DNA from: Felis catus
Taxonomy: Eukaryota
Direction: 5' to 3'
Length of the DNA stretch: 64,000 nt
Assembly (NCBI RefSeq): GCF_018350175.1
Contig: NC_058368.1
Location: 16,556,001-16,620,000 of the forward strand
Shown here: positions 51,766 to 64,000 of the stretch, piece by piece
How positions within the stretch are numbered: the first letter of the stretch is position 1
Layout of the letters: the number at the start of each line of letters is the position of its first letter
Program-made: the position numbers and the translations under genes
Notes under the pieces: model-generated
Told to the model about the DNA's origin: nothing
Seen by the model: the letters and a program-made list of their open reading frames with translations, nothing else
Database searches by the model: none

Positions 51766-52569
51766 TCAGGCAATCCTTTTCATTGGGCTCATTCCCTGAA
51801 CTGTAAAATCAAGAAGTTGAACTGCTCTTTCCTTTATTCCTTCCTTTATTCCTTCAATCCAGGAAATCATGGCCCCCAAATCATTTTCATCAGTATTTTA
51901 GTTTAGTTATGCCTTAGTAAATGTCTTCATCAGAATTTGTCATCTTAAAGAGCAGCTTCAACAATTCATAGTATTTCTGCTGTCTGAAACATCTCATGAA
52001 ATGCAGAGTGTGAATTAATTTCTTCCAGATAATCCAATTTTTGTCATCCAAGTAATTGTTTCTCTGTGAAAAATTGCTTGCAAAACTATTTGAGAGAAAA
52101 TTTAGGAAAGTTGAGAAATAAGGTTTCAACATGGCAAGGAATTATTTTTAAAAATTATACCAGAATCATAAAATTTGATTTTTTTTGACTAATCCAAGTG
52201 TGAATAATTTTCTCTGAAAGAAATTTTAATTCTTTATTATTGTGCAAATGAGAAGTGTGTAAGAAAATAAAACACATACAAATAATTTGGTTGATTTCAG
52301 GAAAATTATATCCAAGGAATTTATATAGAAGGAGTCTATAAAATGACTTTTGATGCTGACACTATGCAGACCAGTCTGACTAATCAATGGAAAATTTCAC
52401 AAATGCCCCATGACCTTTAACATTTTTTATCAACACATTCAAAACTTTCTCATAATCAGTCATAAGTGTATCAAGAAATTAAAGAATAATACTATTTTTA
52501 ATACATTCTAATTCAATGCTTTAATAATACTGAGAACTGCAGTGTTTTATTTATTCATAAGACCTTATC

Positions 52570-54150
52570 GAAGAGACCTGCTTCTGGAAATATTCAGGAG
52601 ACATACTTTTTTTTGTTCCTTTGATGAAGAACAACTAAAACCCATGGATAGCTTATTTAAACAAACATAAGAAGACTGAAAATGGAGAGAAGAAGGTAGA
52701 CTTCCCAGGGACCCAAAGGCCTGAGGAACAACAGGGTGGTAGGTTGCTGCAGTTTCTCTTTGCCTCAAATATCCCAGACTTAGAGCTGAAGAAGCCAGCA
52801 ACCAAGAATGGTCAATGGATACAGACCCAGAAAGCCCCTCCAAACCCTGCTATCTCTTCTTAAGGAGCAGGAAAGGGCAACCTAGCAGCACACAAACAAG
52901 CATCTCTACTTCAAATATGTGCTAGAGGAGAAACTGCAGTCCTTTCTCACCGTGTCGGCAGAGGCTGAGTGGGGATATTGACTTCCACCCCGTGGAAGCT
53001 CTCGGGAAGCACCCCAGTCACCCTCTGCACCCCCAGGGTACTATCAAGAAGTCTGAGTGTGGAGCCAGGACTTTGATCCCTGCCAGGCAGTAATGAACAC
53101 CCCCACCAACCACTGTGCGGTGTCAGTGGGTATCGTGTGGGTAAGCCTGGACTTCTCCTCTCTCCTGTCAGTAACGGGGTACCACTGGGATGGGGTGAGA
53201 TGTGGCCTCATGTTAGATTAGGATTTTCACCAACACTCAGTAATAATGAGGCCTTTCCAACTCTCCGGCATCAGTGGAGGCTATCTCAGGAGGAATAATG
53301 AGGCACTTCCTACACCCTTCAGCCAGAAAAGTACCAGAGGAAGCCTAAGGGCGAAACAGAGCTCACACTTCTGCTCATCATCACTGAAAAGTCCCTCCTG
53401 CTCGGAGTCCAGAGAGTTAGAATGGAGACCCCTAACTTCCCTTGCCAACGCAGTGTCACAAAATTCAGCTAAAATAGAAGGTTTAAATTGAATCCTGAGC
53501 CTCATAATGTTGTATTCAAAATGTTTAGGTTTGAGCTGAAAATCATGTCTCATACTTAGAACCAGGAAAATGCAACATGAATGAAAAGAGACAATCAACA
53601 GACATCAACGCTGAAATGACAAACATGTTAGAATTACTTAAATAGATTATAAACAAGCCTTCATAAAAATGCTTCAGAGGGTAATTATGAACGTGCTTGA
53701 AATAAATGGGAAAACACAGATTCAGCAAAGAAATAGAAAATAAAAAGAAGAACCAAATGGAAATGTCAGAACTGAAAAAATACAGTAGCTGAAATTTCAA
53801 AGGTCAGTGGATGATCTCAACAGCAGCATGGAGGGGCAGAGGAAAGAATGCGTAAACTTTCTTGAGGTAGAAAAAGAGAAGTAACCCAATGTGAATAACA
53901 GAGAAAAGAGAGTGAAAATGAATGGAATCTCAGGGACCTGTGAGACTATCCGTAAAGATGGAACATTTGTGTCATCCAAGTCCGGGAAGCAGAAAAGGAA
54001 GAAGACAGGTCCTCAAGTTCACTTGAAGAAATAATGGATAGAAATCTCCCAAATTTTTCAACACCCCCGCCCCCAAAACAAAACAAAACAAAACCTACAA
54101 ATTCAAGACCCATTAATAAATCTCAAACAGGATAAACCCAAAGAAATTCT
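52570..54150 (+). mobile_element. Ancient L1M 5' UTR and ORF1 remnant
   Basis: GC-richer UTR followed by A-rich ORF1-like sequence (AAGAACCAAATGGAAAT..., CTCAGGGACCTGTGAGAC..., TTGAAGAAATAATGGATAGAAATCTCCCAAATTT). Confidence 0.8.
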
Positions 54151-54585
54151 GTAAATATCTATGGAGTATATTTGCCAAGCATGGATAAAGTAAGGCCACT
54201 GCCCTACATTGATAATTTCTAGTGTTATTAGATATATAGACATGGAAACACATACTTTTAATCAGTATGATAGTTGTTATGGTGAATGTCTGTGCAGTTC
54301 GCCGCGGGACAGCAGAGGGAGTAACCTTGGATAAGATGACTCAAGCTGAGTCTCCAAGTTCAAAAGCACCCAAAAAAAAGGATCTGGGGAAGGGGGATAA
54401 GAGGAATGTATTGGCAGAGGAAAAAGCATGCACAAAGACAAAAAGGCTTGAAATATGGTGTGAGTGTATTTTGATGCTATTACATTGCAACTTGTAAAGT
54501 GGTGGGTGGGAGCTAAGACTCTAGAAATAGTGTGTGAGACCCTATGTCAAATCTTCTGTGGAAGATTTAAAATTAAGTAATGACA

Positions 54586-54789
54586 GGGGCACCTGCGCGG
54601 CTCAGTTAGTTAAGCATCTGACTTTGGCTCAGGTCGTGATCTCAAGGTTTGTGGGTCCAAGCCCCGTGTTGGGGTCCGTGCTGACAGCTCAGAGCCTGGA
54701 GGCTGCTTCGGATTCTGTGTCTCTCTCTCACTCTGCCCCTCTTCCACTCATGCTCTCTCTCTCAAGAATAAGTAAACATTAAAAAAAAA
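54586..54789 (+). mobile_element. Can-SINE
   Basis: Canonical body; degenerate TSD TAAGTAA(T/C)GA(C/T)AG. Confidence 0.95.
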
Positions 54790-55599
54790 TAAGTAACGAT
54801 AGTTCCCTGTTCCCTTTGAGGAATTTGGTAAGGTGCTAATAACCTGCCATTGTATTGTCTGAGGAACAGAAGAGTACTGTTCTTCTACAAAGCATCACCC
54901 TGACTAACCTCCTATGGTCACAGTAATCAAGGCTTCAGACTAAGACATTAAATGTCCTTGCTAAAGGTCCTTCAGTTTTTTATGCAGATGGTAAAACAAT
55001 AATTCACCATCTGTCATTAATATTAGGGTACTACTCTTATCTCCTTTCTTAGCATATGCAATGTGTAAACATCCTACGGAAGCATCACAAAAGCAAGCTT
55101 TGTTGGAGGAAAATCAGAGTATTGAGGTAATATAGGGACGTCTGTGTAGAAATTGGTATCGATGAGGAAGAAGTTCTGGGCGAATAAGACACCTGGGTCA
55201 AAATACATAGCTTTACGTGGATTAGCTGAAATGTGGGTTAAACGGAACAGTACAAGTATAGAAGTTAGCATTAAGTTTCGTTTATGAAGCCTGAAAAATA
55301 AGCCCTTTTAAGAGATGTAATAATGAACAATTTGCTCCCTTTCTCTCAACAATTCTACCCTATTCTAAGCCACCTGATCTGATCTTTGCTGCTGAGCCCA
55401 GGAAACCTTCATGTATCTGCACTTTGCTCTTTCCCAGACTCCTAAGGAACAAATTAATACTGTAGCTAAAACCACATCATCAATTAGAATTCATCGTGGA
55501 CATCTATTTCACATGAGCTCGGATGGAATCGTACCTTTTAGCACAAAAGACACTAACAGTTAAATCTACAGGCATAGGCCTCTAAGCACACAGCTCTGA

Positions 55600-56080
55600 A
55601 ATTCAATTAAATCAATATTTTGAGCTCTGGTTGTAACATTTAAGTTACTGCTGTACTCAACTTCATACCAGGCACTATTCTAGACCTAGAGACACATGTT
55701 CATGAGGTCCTCGCTTTCGCTAAACTTATTTTCTCAAGGAGATGGACAGAAATATGCAAGTAAACACAGGCTTAAACTTCTTTTATGCAATTATAAGCGT
55801 TGTGAAGAAAATTGTAATAGGCCATGAAATAGGAGGCTCCTGAGCTGGGCAGAACACAGTACGGAAGGCCTTTCTGAGGAAGTGGATTTGAGCTTGTGTA
55901 ATGAGTAGGGCACAGGCATTGCATTCCGGGAAGAGGAAGAGTACGAATGAGCCAGGAGAAATGCCCTGTGCCTGGAAAACTCTTGGAACATTTGAGAAAT
56001 AGAAAGCACAATGCATGAGAAAGAGAAAGGTAGGAGATGAAGTGGAAGGCGTACGTAGGGAGAGTGCTATCCTGGTTAGT
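55600..56080 (-). mobile_element. L2 fragment
   Basis: CCAGGCACTATTCTAGAC... GGAAGGCCTTTCTGAGGAAGTG... GCATTCCGGGAAGAGGAAGAG. Confidence 0.7.
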
Positions 56081-57277
56081 CATTTCTTATTGTCAACAAT
56101 TGAGCATAAAGACGTAAGATAATCATTTATTTAATTTACAGTTAATTAAAAAAGAGGAGGATGGCCAGGGCAGCTCTTGGCTGGACTTCAGATTACAGAA
56201 AATTTCTGGACTTGCAGCAGCAATTGGCATCAAAAGCAGGTGTCAGAAGCATCAGTTAGGATGAACAAGAGGAAGTTTTGGGTGGAGTAATCTACTCTCT
56301 TTATCTTTTTCTGAGATGTCTCTACAATGTGTTTGGACCGAGAAGCAAGGAAATTTCTCTGCTTATGGAAGCATTTAGAATCTCAGCATCTACGCTAAGA
56401 TTTTGTGTGTAATGAGAATGTTTCTTTCTAAACCTAGGAAATAGTCCTCATGGGCTACCGCAGTTACATCACGTCATTCCCGGTTCCTATCGAATTTCAC
56501 TTTCTGTAATCTCTGGAATCTGAATCGGGCAGTAACAGGACTTAGGCAAGAAATGGTTACAACCTGGAATACGTCCAGAATCAAGTAAGACTCCAGATTT
56601 TGCAAATAAGAAAATTTCTCAACAACTTGGTAGAACAGAGCAACAAGATAATACATGACAAGCAGAAGGAGGGGCTGGAGAGCGATTGAACTTCCCAGAG
56701 ATACTGTGTTTAAGGAGAACATACCTATTCATGGAGTTTCAGGTTCCAGGTCAGAATTCTGACATCTGGAAGAACTCAAAGAGGAAGACTAGCCGGGCAA
56801 GACAATGCCATAACAGAAGTGTGCCATGACTGTTGATCCAAATGGGAACTCTGAGAGAAGCACCCTAGGGCAAACTATAATTGACTTAGAGAACAAACAT
56901 ATCCTGCCTTTTTAGGGTTTTCAAAAATTTGCACATCATTTGGAAAGGTCATTCTGTTAAAAGGAGAATATAAGACTAGTTGTGAACCTGTCTTGATGAT
57001 CATTTTTCTCATACGAGTAAGGAGAAATAAACACAGAGATTATACATTCATGATGGGCAGGTAGAGTGACTGTACTTTCTTGTATTGGAGCTAGAAAGGT
57101 ATGAAAATGTTAGAGAGATGGGCTAACCCTGGCACAAAAAAATACAGCTTTAAAAAGTTGGACTGGAAAATACAAGCTAATGGCCAGGCTCTAAATAATA
57201 TCACTTAACAAGAAGGAAAACAGAGAAACAAACATGAAAATTCCCCATCATAAAACTCAAGAGAAGCATTTTGTGTT

Positions 57278-57295
57278 AGATAGATAGATATAGAT

Positions 57296-57331
<36 letters not shown>
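57278..57331. repeat. Short (AGAT)n followed by (AG)n microsatellite
   Basis: Read directly. Confidence 0.95.
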
Positions 57332-57334
<3 letters not shown>

Positions 57335-58009
57335 TAGGTAAGTAAATCCAATATAGCAGCACAAGGAGAGACCTGATGAGCACACATTCAAAAAAATTTG
57401 TATGATAATATAGAGGGATAATTTTATTAACTCCACAAAACATGACAGTGCTCAAAGCACTTAATGGTCAATTTTAATTATATTAAAAGGAAGAACAAAT
57501 TAAAATATATCACAAAAGATGATAAAGCAGGCTAAAACTAAGGACCCACTTTAGTCAATTGATCAGATAACAGAGCAGATCAGAGAATACAGATCAGGCT
57601 GTGTTCTATATTTTAGGCATGGTACTTGACATTTAGGCTTGTCACTATTTGTAGAAACGATCCACATAAATTGTTTTCATTTGTATTTAAAACAAAACAA
57701 AACAAACACACAAACTGTTCATACTAGCTGGTAGAATCTTAGAACAAGCAAAGAAGTTGGAAATGCACAGGTCCTATTTTTTTCAATATTGTTCTTAAAG
57801 AAAATGACTTGCAAATGGTAAATATCAGAACAAAGCCAAATACTTGGGAATTGAGAGATTTTGGATAAATTAGCATTCGGTAAATGATCCCTGGTGCAAA
57901 CATTTTAACTTTATCTCTAAAATACTCGTGAAGATAGAAGGAGGTACTCACCCCATCATCAATAACTATGAACTCATTAAAAGAATAAGAATCTTGGAAA
58001 ATTTTCTAC

Positions 58010-58052
<43 letters not shown>
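58010..58052. repeat. (AG)n microsatellite with one interruption
   Basis: Read directly. Confidence 0.95.
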
Positions 58053-58053
<1 letters not shown>

Positions 58054-58315
58054 CGGAAGGAAAGCATGGTATAAGACTGAAAAGTGACAGAGATGAAGCA
58101 AATTTCCCAGACCAAAAAAGTCTTTACAAAACTACTTTAGCTGTAATCTATTATCAGTCCACTTATTTCACAGATGTCAAGTCTGTATTAACCACATAAG
58201 TGTGTCTTCATTTCTTGATATTAAAAATTCTTAGTGTTATCTTGTTGGTTTAGAGAATGCTGTCTGGAATTCATCATTCCTGACACATCATTACAGAGGA
58301 AAATATTATGGTTAC

Positions 58316-58803
58316 TGTGGTGGGCTGAATAACAACCCCCAAATAGGACCATGTCTTAATCCCCGGAACCTGTGAATAATACCTTATACGGCAAAAAGGA
58401 CTTGATAGCTGTGATGAAATGAAAGATTTGGGGATAGGGAGATTATCCCGGCTTATCCAGATGAGCCCAGTATAATCACAAGGCTCCTTATAAGAGGGAG
58501 GCACAGAGTCAAAGTAAGAGGAGAGGTAATGCAATGACAGAATCAGAGACTGGAGTGATGTGCTTTGAGGATAGAAGGGGCCACAATCAAGGAATGCAGG
58601 CATCCACTAGAAGCTGAAAAAGTCAGGAAGTAGATTCTCTCCTCAAAGCCTCCAGAAGGATCCAGCCTTGCTGTCACCCCAACTCCTACCCAGTGAGACT
58701 GATTTCGGACTCCTGATCATGAGAACTATAGAGGAGGTTTTTATAAATGTGTGTTGTCACTAAGTTTGTGGTAATATTTACAGCAGCAGTAGGAAATTAA
58801 TAT
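58316..58803 (+). mobile_element. MaLR solo LTR (MLT1C/D-like)
   Basis: Starts TGTGGTGGGCTGAATAA; TAATCCCCGGAACCTGTGAAT; TAATCACAAGGCTCCTTATAAGAGGGAGGC; ends CTAAGTTTGTGGTAATATTTACAGCAGCAGTAGGAAATTAATA. Confidence 0.9.
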
Positions 58804-58807
58804 GATC

Positions 58808-58980
58808 GGGGAGCCTGGGTGGCTCAGTAGGTTAAGCGTCCCACATCTTGGTTTCAGCTCAGGTCATGACCTCACAGTTCATGGGATTGAGCCCCGTGTC
58901 GGGCTCCTCGCTATTAGAGCAGCACCTGCTTGGGATTCTCTCTCTCTCTCTCTCAATAAATAAATAAAGATTTAAAAAAA
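58808..58980 (+). mobile_element. Can-SINE
   Basis: GGGGAGCCTGGGTGGCTCAG head directly after the MLT1 LTR. Confidence 0.94.
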
Positions 58981-60152
58981 TCTTAAAATTTCCTCAATAT
59001 ATTAATAATTATATCAGCTCTTTATATGTTTAAATATATCACTACTGTTAATTCATGCAAAGTTGTTTTGTTGTTTTGTTTGTTTTGTTTTGTTATTTGT
59101 TTTTCAGTTATAGATCCCTCCCCTGGGGCAGAGCATGGCTTTAAAGAAAGGCATTAATTGCTTCTTTTCTAGTTACACTAATTCTAATTTTGCAGCTTCC
59201 TGTCTCTCCCTGAGGACCTCTTTTGATGTCAATACATACTTCTTGTGATTCTTGCTCCTGTCATTATTAAAGTTTCTGGGTTAAATTTTATATTTTTTCC
59301 TGGTGATCATTCCCAGATTCTCCTAGTTTATCCATATTCTTAGCTTATTTTCTTACCATGAGTTTTCATGTCTTCCCATGTTTTTATGGAAAAATTGATA
59401 ATTATAATCACTTTTCCAGGTGCTTCTGGGCCAATACCATTCTTTCAGAAAGTTACTTCAGTGATTTCTTCTCAGTTGCCATAAAAATGATTTTACAATT
59501 CAATACCAACAATCTTACGATTTCCTAAGAGTTGCTTTCCTGAATCTATGTAGCAACTACGAAAATATTTCTACAGTTTTCTGTTTAAGTGAAAAATGCA
59601 TTGTGTATTTTTATCTCTATTTCTTTAATCATATAAGAAAAATATACAGAGATGTGATGTTTATGCCTAAATTATCACTGTGTGTGTGTGTTTATTTTTC
59701 ATTCTTGTAATTAGAAAAAAATTGGAATCGGGTTTCTTGAGTAATTATTCCTGATCTATGTTTTCAGATTCTCTCACTCAGGTGGGAATTGAATAAAAAA
59801 AGCAAACTTCAAAAACTAATTGAATAGGGCATAATAAGATCCAATTAATTTTCTCAGAAAATAATTTTTCTATGAACTGCTCTGCTTTAGATACTATGAC
59901 TGTTCCTCAAATCCAAGATTAGCATCTTGGTGTTTTATATAGACAGTTACATCAAATTAATTTGTTTTGAATTGATACATGAAATGGTTTATAAGTGGAA
60001 AAGAAATTTAACAATTATAGTAGCATTTGTGTTTAAAAATGTGAGAAATAAATCTGCATCCAAATAAAAATAAAAATGCTCCACATCATTCATTTGTCTC
60101 CCTTTCTTCAATTCTGGATGGTTAAATTATTTTGTTGGAATGGAATAGTTTA

Positions 60153-60191
60153 TGGGTTTTTTAAAAATTTTTTTAATGTTTTATTTATTTT

Positions 60192-60231
<40 letters not shown>

Positions 60232-60394
60232 CAAGTGGGGGAGGGGCAGAGAGAGAGGGAGACTGAATCAGAAGCAGGCTCCAGGCTCTGAGCTGTCAAC
60301 ACAGAGCCCGACGCGGGGCTCGAACCCACTGGTGGTGAGATCATGACCTGAGCTGAAGTCGGACGTTTAACCCGTCGAGTCACCCAGGTGCCCC
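60153..60394 (-). mobile_element. Can-SINE
   Basis: TSD TGGAAT(G/A)GAATAGTTTA at 60136-60152 and 60395-60411. Confidence 0.96.
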
Positions 60395-60719
60395 TGGAAT
60401 AGAATAGTTTAAATGACAAAGGTACATGAAAATACTTTACTGAAAGTTGCTCTTCATATTTGCTATTGCAACATGTTACCCAGTCTCATAACTCCTGAGT
60501 CCTTTATCTGCTCTATTTTTAAATAGACTTCTCATATTCTAATAATACACAACACGATACTTATTTACTATGGTAAAATGTAAGAATATTATGACTATAT
60601 CTCCAAACATCGTGCTAGACTAAAACTCAATATTTGTATGGTTTTGTTGAGTCATACATCCTTGTGTCTGGTGTATAATAGAACCTCAATTAATGCGAGA
60701 TGAATAAATGAGTGGGTAT

Positions 60720-61355
60720 GTACTACTGAGAGCCAAACTATGTTATAGACACTGAGAATAGAGCAATGAACAAAATAGACAACATCTTTCCTTGTGCGGT
60801 TGACATTCTAGGGACTGAGGTCAACAGTGCCCTAGATAGTCCTCAACAACAAAAGAAACTTTGGATCTTTTAATGTTAATGTAAGGAGAGAAAACGGGAT
60901 GATACACTAATAACTGTGTTAGTTTTAAAATTCAGAGAAGAACTCACTGGGGTGTTGATCTTTAAAGCTGATCCATGAATGATAAAGGGCAGAATGTCTT
61001 GGAAGCACATTTTGAACAGAAGACATGGCAAGTGCAAAGGCCTTTGACAAAAAGCAAGAATGGGGTGATGAAAGCATGCTAGAATGGTTGGGATAAGGTA
61101 TCAAGAAAGACCTATGAGTAAGCAGACACCAGAAGGATAATATCAGGAGTGAGTGAAACATTTCAGATAAAGAAACCAGCCTAAAGGAAAAAGAGACAAG
61201 CAGTGTGTTTGGAACATAGCATATTTAAGGATATGGCCCCAAAATGAGACTGGGTAATTAAGTAATGGTCAGATGCTGAAAACATTCTACTTCGTGTTAA
61301 AGTTTGGACTTTATTCTGAGGAAAGTGTGAAGATATTGAAGGACTTCAAGCAAGG
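60720..61355 (-). mobile_element. L2 fragments
   Basis: GACACTGAGAATAGAGCAATGAACAAAATAGAC..., CAAGTGCAAAGGCCTT..., TTTGGACTTTATTCTGAG... GAAGGACTTCAAGCA. Confidence 0.68.
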
Positions 61356-61675
61356 TTAAAAAAAAAATCGTAAGAAAGACTTCTGCTTCAGAAGACAGAG
61401 ATAGCCCAACAAGGCTGAACACTTTCAGAAAATAATTACTCTATTAAAGTCAAAACCACAGGAAAAAAAAATGGCTCCATCACCAACCCTGACAACAAAG
61501 GCTAAGTAAGAACTAGGATTTCTACCCTAGCCAGAAGATAAAAAGCAGTGTAATCCCCAGCTGTGGTGGAGGCAAAAGCATCATGGCTTTCACCAACTGG
61601 AAGAGGTAGTGAGAAGAACCCCCCCAAACCCCAGAAGGGATCCTTCCAACTCTCATATTCCCTGGTTCTTTCCTA

Positions 61676-62235
61676 TGTTGGGGAGAGAACATTTTCCCCT
61701 GCCTGTCTTGCTTCTTCTAGCTAGTCTAAGAATTAAATTGGAACGAGACAAATTAACAGGAGAAAATCAAATTCAATTGTGTACATACAGGGAATTCACA
61801 TAGACATGAGATTCCAAAGACAGTCAGGTAAATGAAGTATATATATCATCCTGAACCAAGAAGGAGGTTGGGGTCTGGGACTTCAAAAGCATGGGGAACA
61901 ATGTACAGGAAGATGAAAAAGAGTAAATGTTTGGTGAACAGATGTTTTCTGGGCCATACAGAAACAATGGGGTATGAGGAGGAATTTTAACACACAGATT
62001 TTGCTAAGTTCCTCCTCATCCACCATACCTAGTTCATATTATCTATGGTGATTATGTGGTTATCTATTGTGATTGCTCTTTTCCTGGAGCAAGTCCTTTC
62101 TCTGAATCCTTTTAGGCAGTTAGGGGAAAGGTCAAAACTTTTTCCTGAGTCTTTGAAGCCTTGATTATTTTTAGCTTAAAATAATCTGCATGCCAACATG
62201 GCATATCTTGGGTGGCCTACCATTGGCTCCTAACC
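61676..62235 (-). mobile_element. ERV1-class solo LTR (MER34-like)
   Basis: Minus strand begins GTTAGGAGCCAATGGTAGGCCACCCAAGATATGCCATGTTGGCATGCAGATTATTTTAAGCT (MER34-type 5' end) and ends CTCTCCCCAACA. Confidence 0.75.
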
Positions 62236-62460
62236 TGCAAACTAACCAGTTCACAGTCTAAGCCATACCTACTTCAAGTCCACTAATCTCCTCCTTGTCT
62301 TCCATCATAATCTGCACAACTTTTGATAATATTCGTAGGTTTAAACTTTGCATACCCTGCTACAAATAAAGTTATTTCCTTTGAGAACAGATTAGGAGCT
62401 ATTGGTTTTACGGCCTGCTTCTCCAAGGCAAAAGTCCTAAGCAGGGCTCTGGAGTTGGGT

Positions 62461-62481
62461 GGGGGGGGGGGGGGGGGGGGG
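62461..62481. repeat. Poly-G run of 21 nt
   Basis: Read directly. Confidence 0.95.
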
Positions 62482-62893
62482 ACAATGGCAAGCTTCTTTC
62501 TGAGTGACACCTCTACTCTGGGAGCTCAGTGTAGGGATGGGCAGCAGCCAGATGTCTTGTGGGTCGTCTCTGCTGGTGTCAAACCATCACAAGCCAGGAC
62601 GTCGGTAATTGGAGCCCAGCATTCTCAGTATGCTGTAATCAAGGCAGAGCCTCCCTTTCACGAGTGTGGGCTGTGTGGAAGAGGAGAGCCCCCATCTTGG
62701 GCTGCACTAGCCAGGGCAATGGATGGCTAGGGGCAAGATGAAGATCCACCGGTCTCCTCCTCCCCAGAAGGTAACTGTCAGAATGGGAGATGGGGGAGGG
62801 GCAGGACAAGAGCCGGGTTCTTGGCATGGGGGTGGAGTCTCTGCCTTGTTGAGCCGGGAGGGGGAAGGAGGATCTTGGTTCAAATACCAAACT

Positions 62894-63104
62894 TTTTTTT
62901 TCTTAAGTTTATTTATTTATTTTGAGAGAGAGCTGGAGCATGTGAGGGAAGGAACAGAGGAGGGGTAGAGGGAGAGGGAGAAAGAGAGAATCCCAATCCC
63001 AACCACAAAGGGCTATATCCCAGATCTTAGGAACCTGTGAGATTTTGACTTGAGGAGAAACCAAGAGTCAGACGTGTACCCCAATGAGCCACCCAGGTGC
63101 CCCC
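62894..63104 (-). mobile_element. Can-SINE (diverged)
   Basis: Ends TGAGCCACCCAGGTGCCCCC; degenerate flanks CAAATA(C/G)CA(A/G)ACT. Confidence 0.93.
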
Positions 63105-63618
63105 AAATAGCAGACTCCTGCTTTTCTTACACACTCTTAGGTTATCTTGAATAGAGTTTTCTTCATTTCTTGTCTGTCCTTAGAACAAACCTTTTCAGAG
63201 TCTTCAAGTGGTTGTTCTTAAAATAATCTTCATCAATTTCCCTGGGGAGCAAGTCGATGGGAGTTCCTCACATTTCAGCACTCACTATCTTGCTATAAAA
63301 CTCATCACCAATGCATTAATTCTTACAACTGTATGTGAATCCACAAGTATCTCAAAATAAAGGCTTATTTAAAAAAATCAAAGGATAACATACAAGCAGT
63401 TATGCAGTATAATTATCCAGTCCATTTCTCTGTTTCTAAGAAAGCTTTAAGTAGACAAGCAAACTAATTTTCCCCTTCTAGAGTCTCAGAAAAGAAAAAA
63501 AAATCTCTCCATTTTTTGCAATATGTTTATATACTGCAAATAGCTATCTGGTAGGATGAATAGAGTTGGTATCATAGTTTATTGATGATGGGCTAGAGGA
63601 GAGAGTTAAAATATATAT

Positions 63619-63935
63619 TTGCTGACCCTTGAACAATACAAGGGTTGTAGACAATGACACCTGCTGTCCAAACTCCATGTGTAACTTTAGACTGTCCCCA
63701 AATTAACTGTATAATAGCCTGCTGTTGACCAGAAGACTTACTGATAATGTAAAAAGTCAATTAACATATTTTGTATATGTGCTATATACTATATATTTAC
63801 AATGCAGTGAACTAAAGAAAATGTTAAGAAAATCGTAAAGAGAAAATATAGTACTAAACCATATTTATCGAAAAAAATCCGTGTATAAGTGAATAAACCC
63901 ACACTGTTCAAACCCATGTAGTTCAAGGTCAAGTG
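63619..63935. mobile_element. Tigger2a/MER8-like TcMar-Tigger non-autonomous element
   Basis: Terminal inverted repeats GCTGACCCTTGAACAA ... GTTCAAGGTCAAGTG followed by TA; internal AAAAAAATCCGTGTATAAGTG. Confidence 0.85.
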
Positions 63936-64000
63936 TATTCACTGAACACCCAGAAATTAGAATTCTCATCAATTGTTTGTCAAGTGAATTACTAAATGTC

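Larger units (their letters stand above)
62240..63290 (-). mobile_element. Probable ancient L1M 5' UTR remnant, interrupted by a Can-SINE
   Basis: GC-richer block ending ...GGGGAGCAAGTCGATGGGAGTTCCTCAC, resembling antisense L1M 5' ends. Confidence 0.55.

Noticed and set aside
48..60419. Recurrent similar short ORFs (for example WGTWVAQSVK.PTSAQVMIS and ERERE...GGGAEREG)
   Set aside because: These are translations of Can-SINE copies, not a gene family.
1..64000. A novel prokaryote-style system (CRISPR array, defence island, operon, retron)
   Set aside because: The window is repeat-rich mammalian DNA with no gene-dense ORFs and no repeat-spacer array. The only reverse-transcriptase-related sequence is ordinary decayed L1.

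Overview
This is mammalian, not prokaryotic, DNA. It is almost certainly felid (cat family): 22 tRNA-derived Can-SINEs of the feliform SINEC_Fc type, carnivore L1 3' ends, and ancient eutherian repeats (MIR, L2, L1M, MLT1, MER34-like, MER5, Tigger2a-like). I recognise no protein-coding exon of a host gene. The only identifiable protein remnants are decayed L1 ORF1 and ORF2, and the supplied ORFs are otherwise chance frames across repeats, microsatellites and GC-rich DNA. The main functional landmark is a CpG island at about 25.3-27.0 kb with promoter-type motifs and splice-donor motifs on both strands, lying inside a ~14 kb zone free of Can-SINEs. L1 strand bias to its left is consistent with an unidentified gene transcribed leftwards on the minus strand from a non-coding first exon (inference). 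I find no support for a novel biological system. The points worth checking are the promoter architecture, nested or young retroposon insertions, and a few unexplained blocks and palindromes. Repeat family names come from recognition by eye and boundaries of old repeats are approximate.
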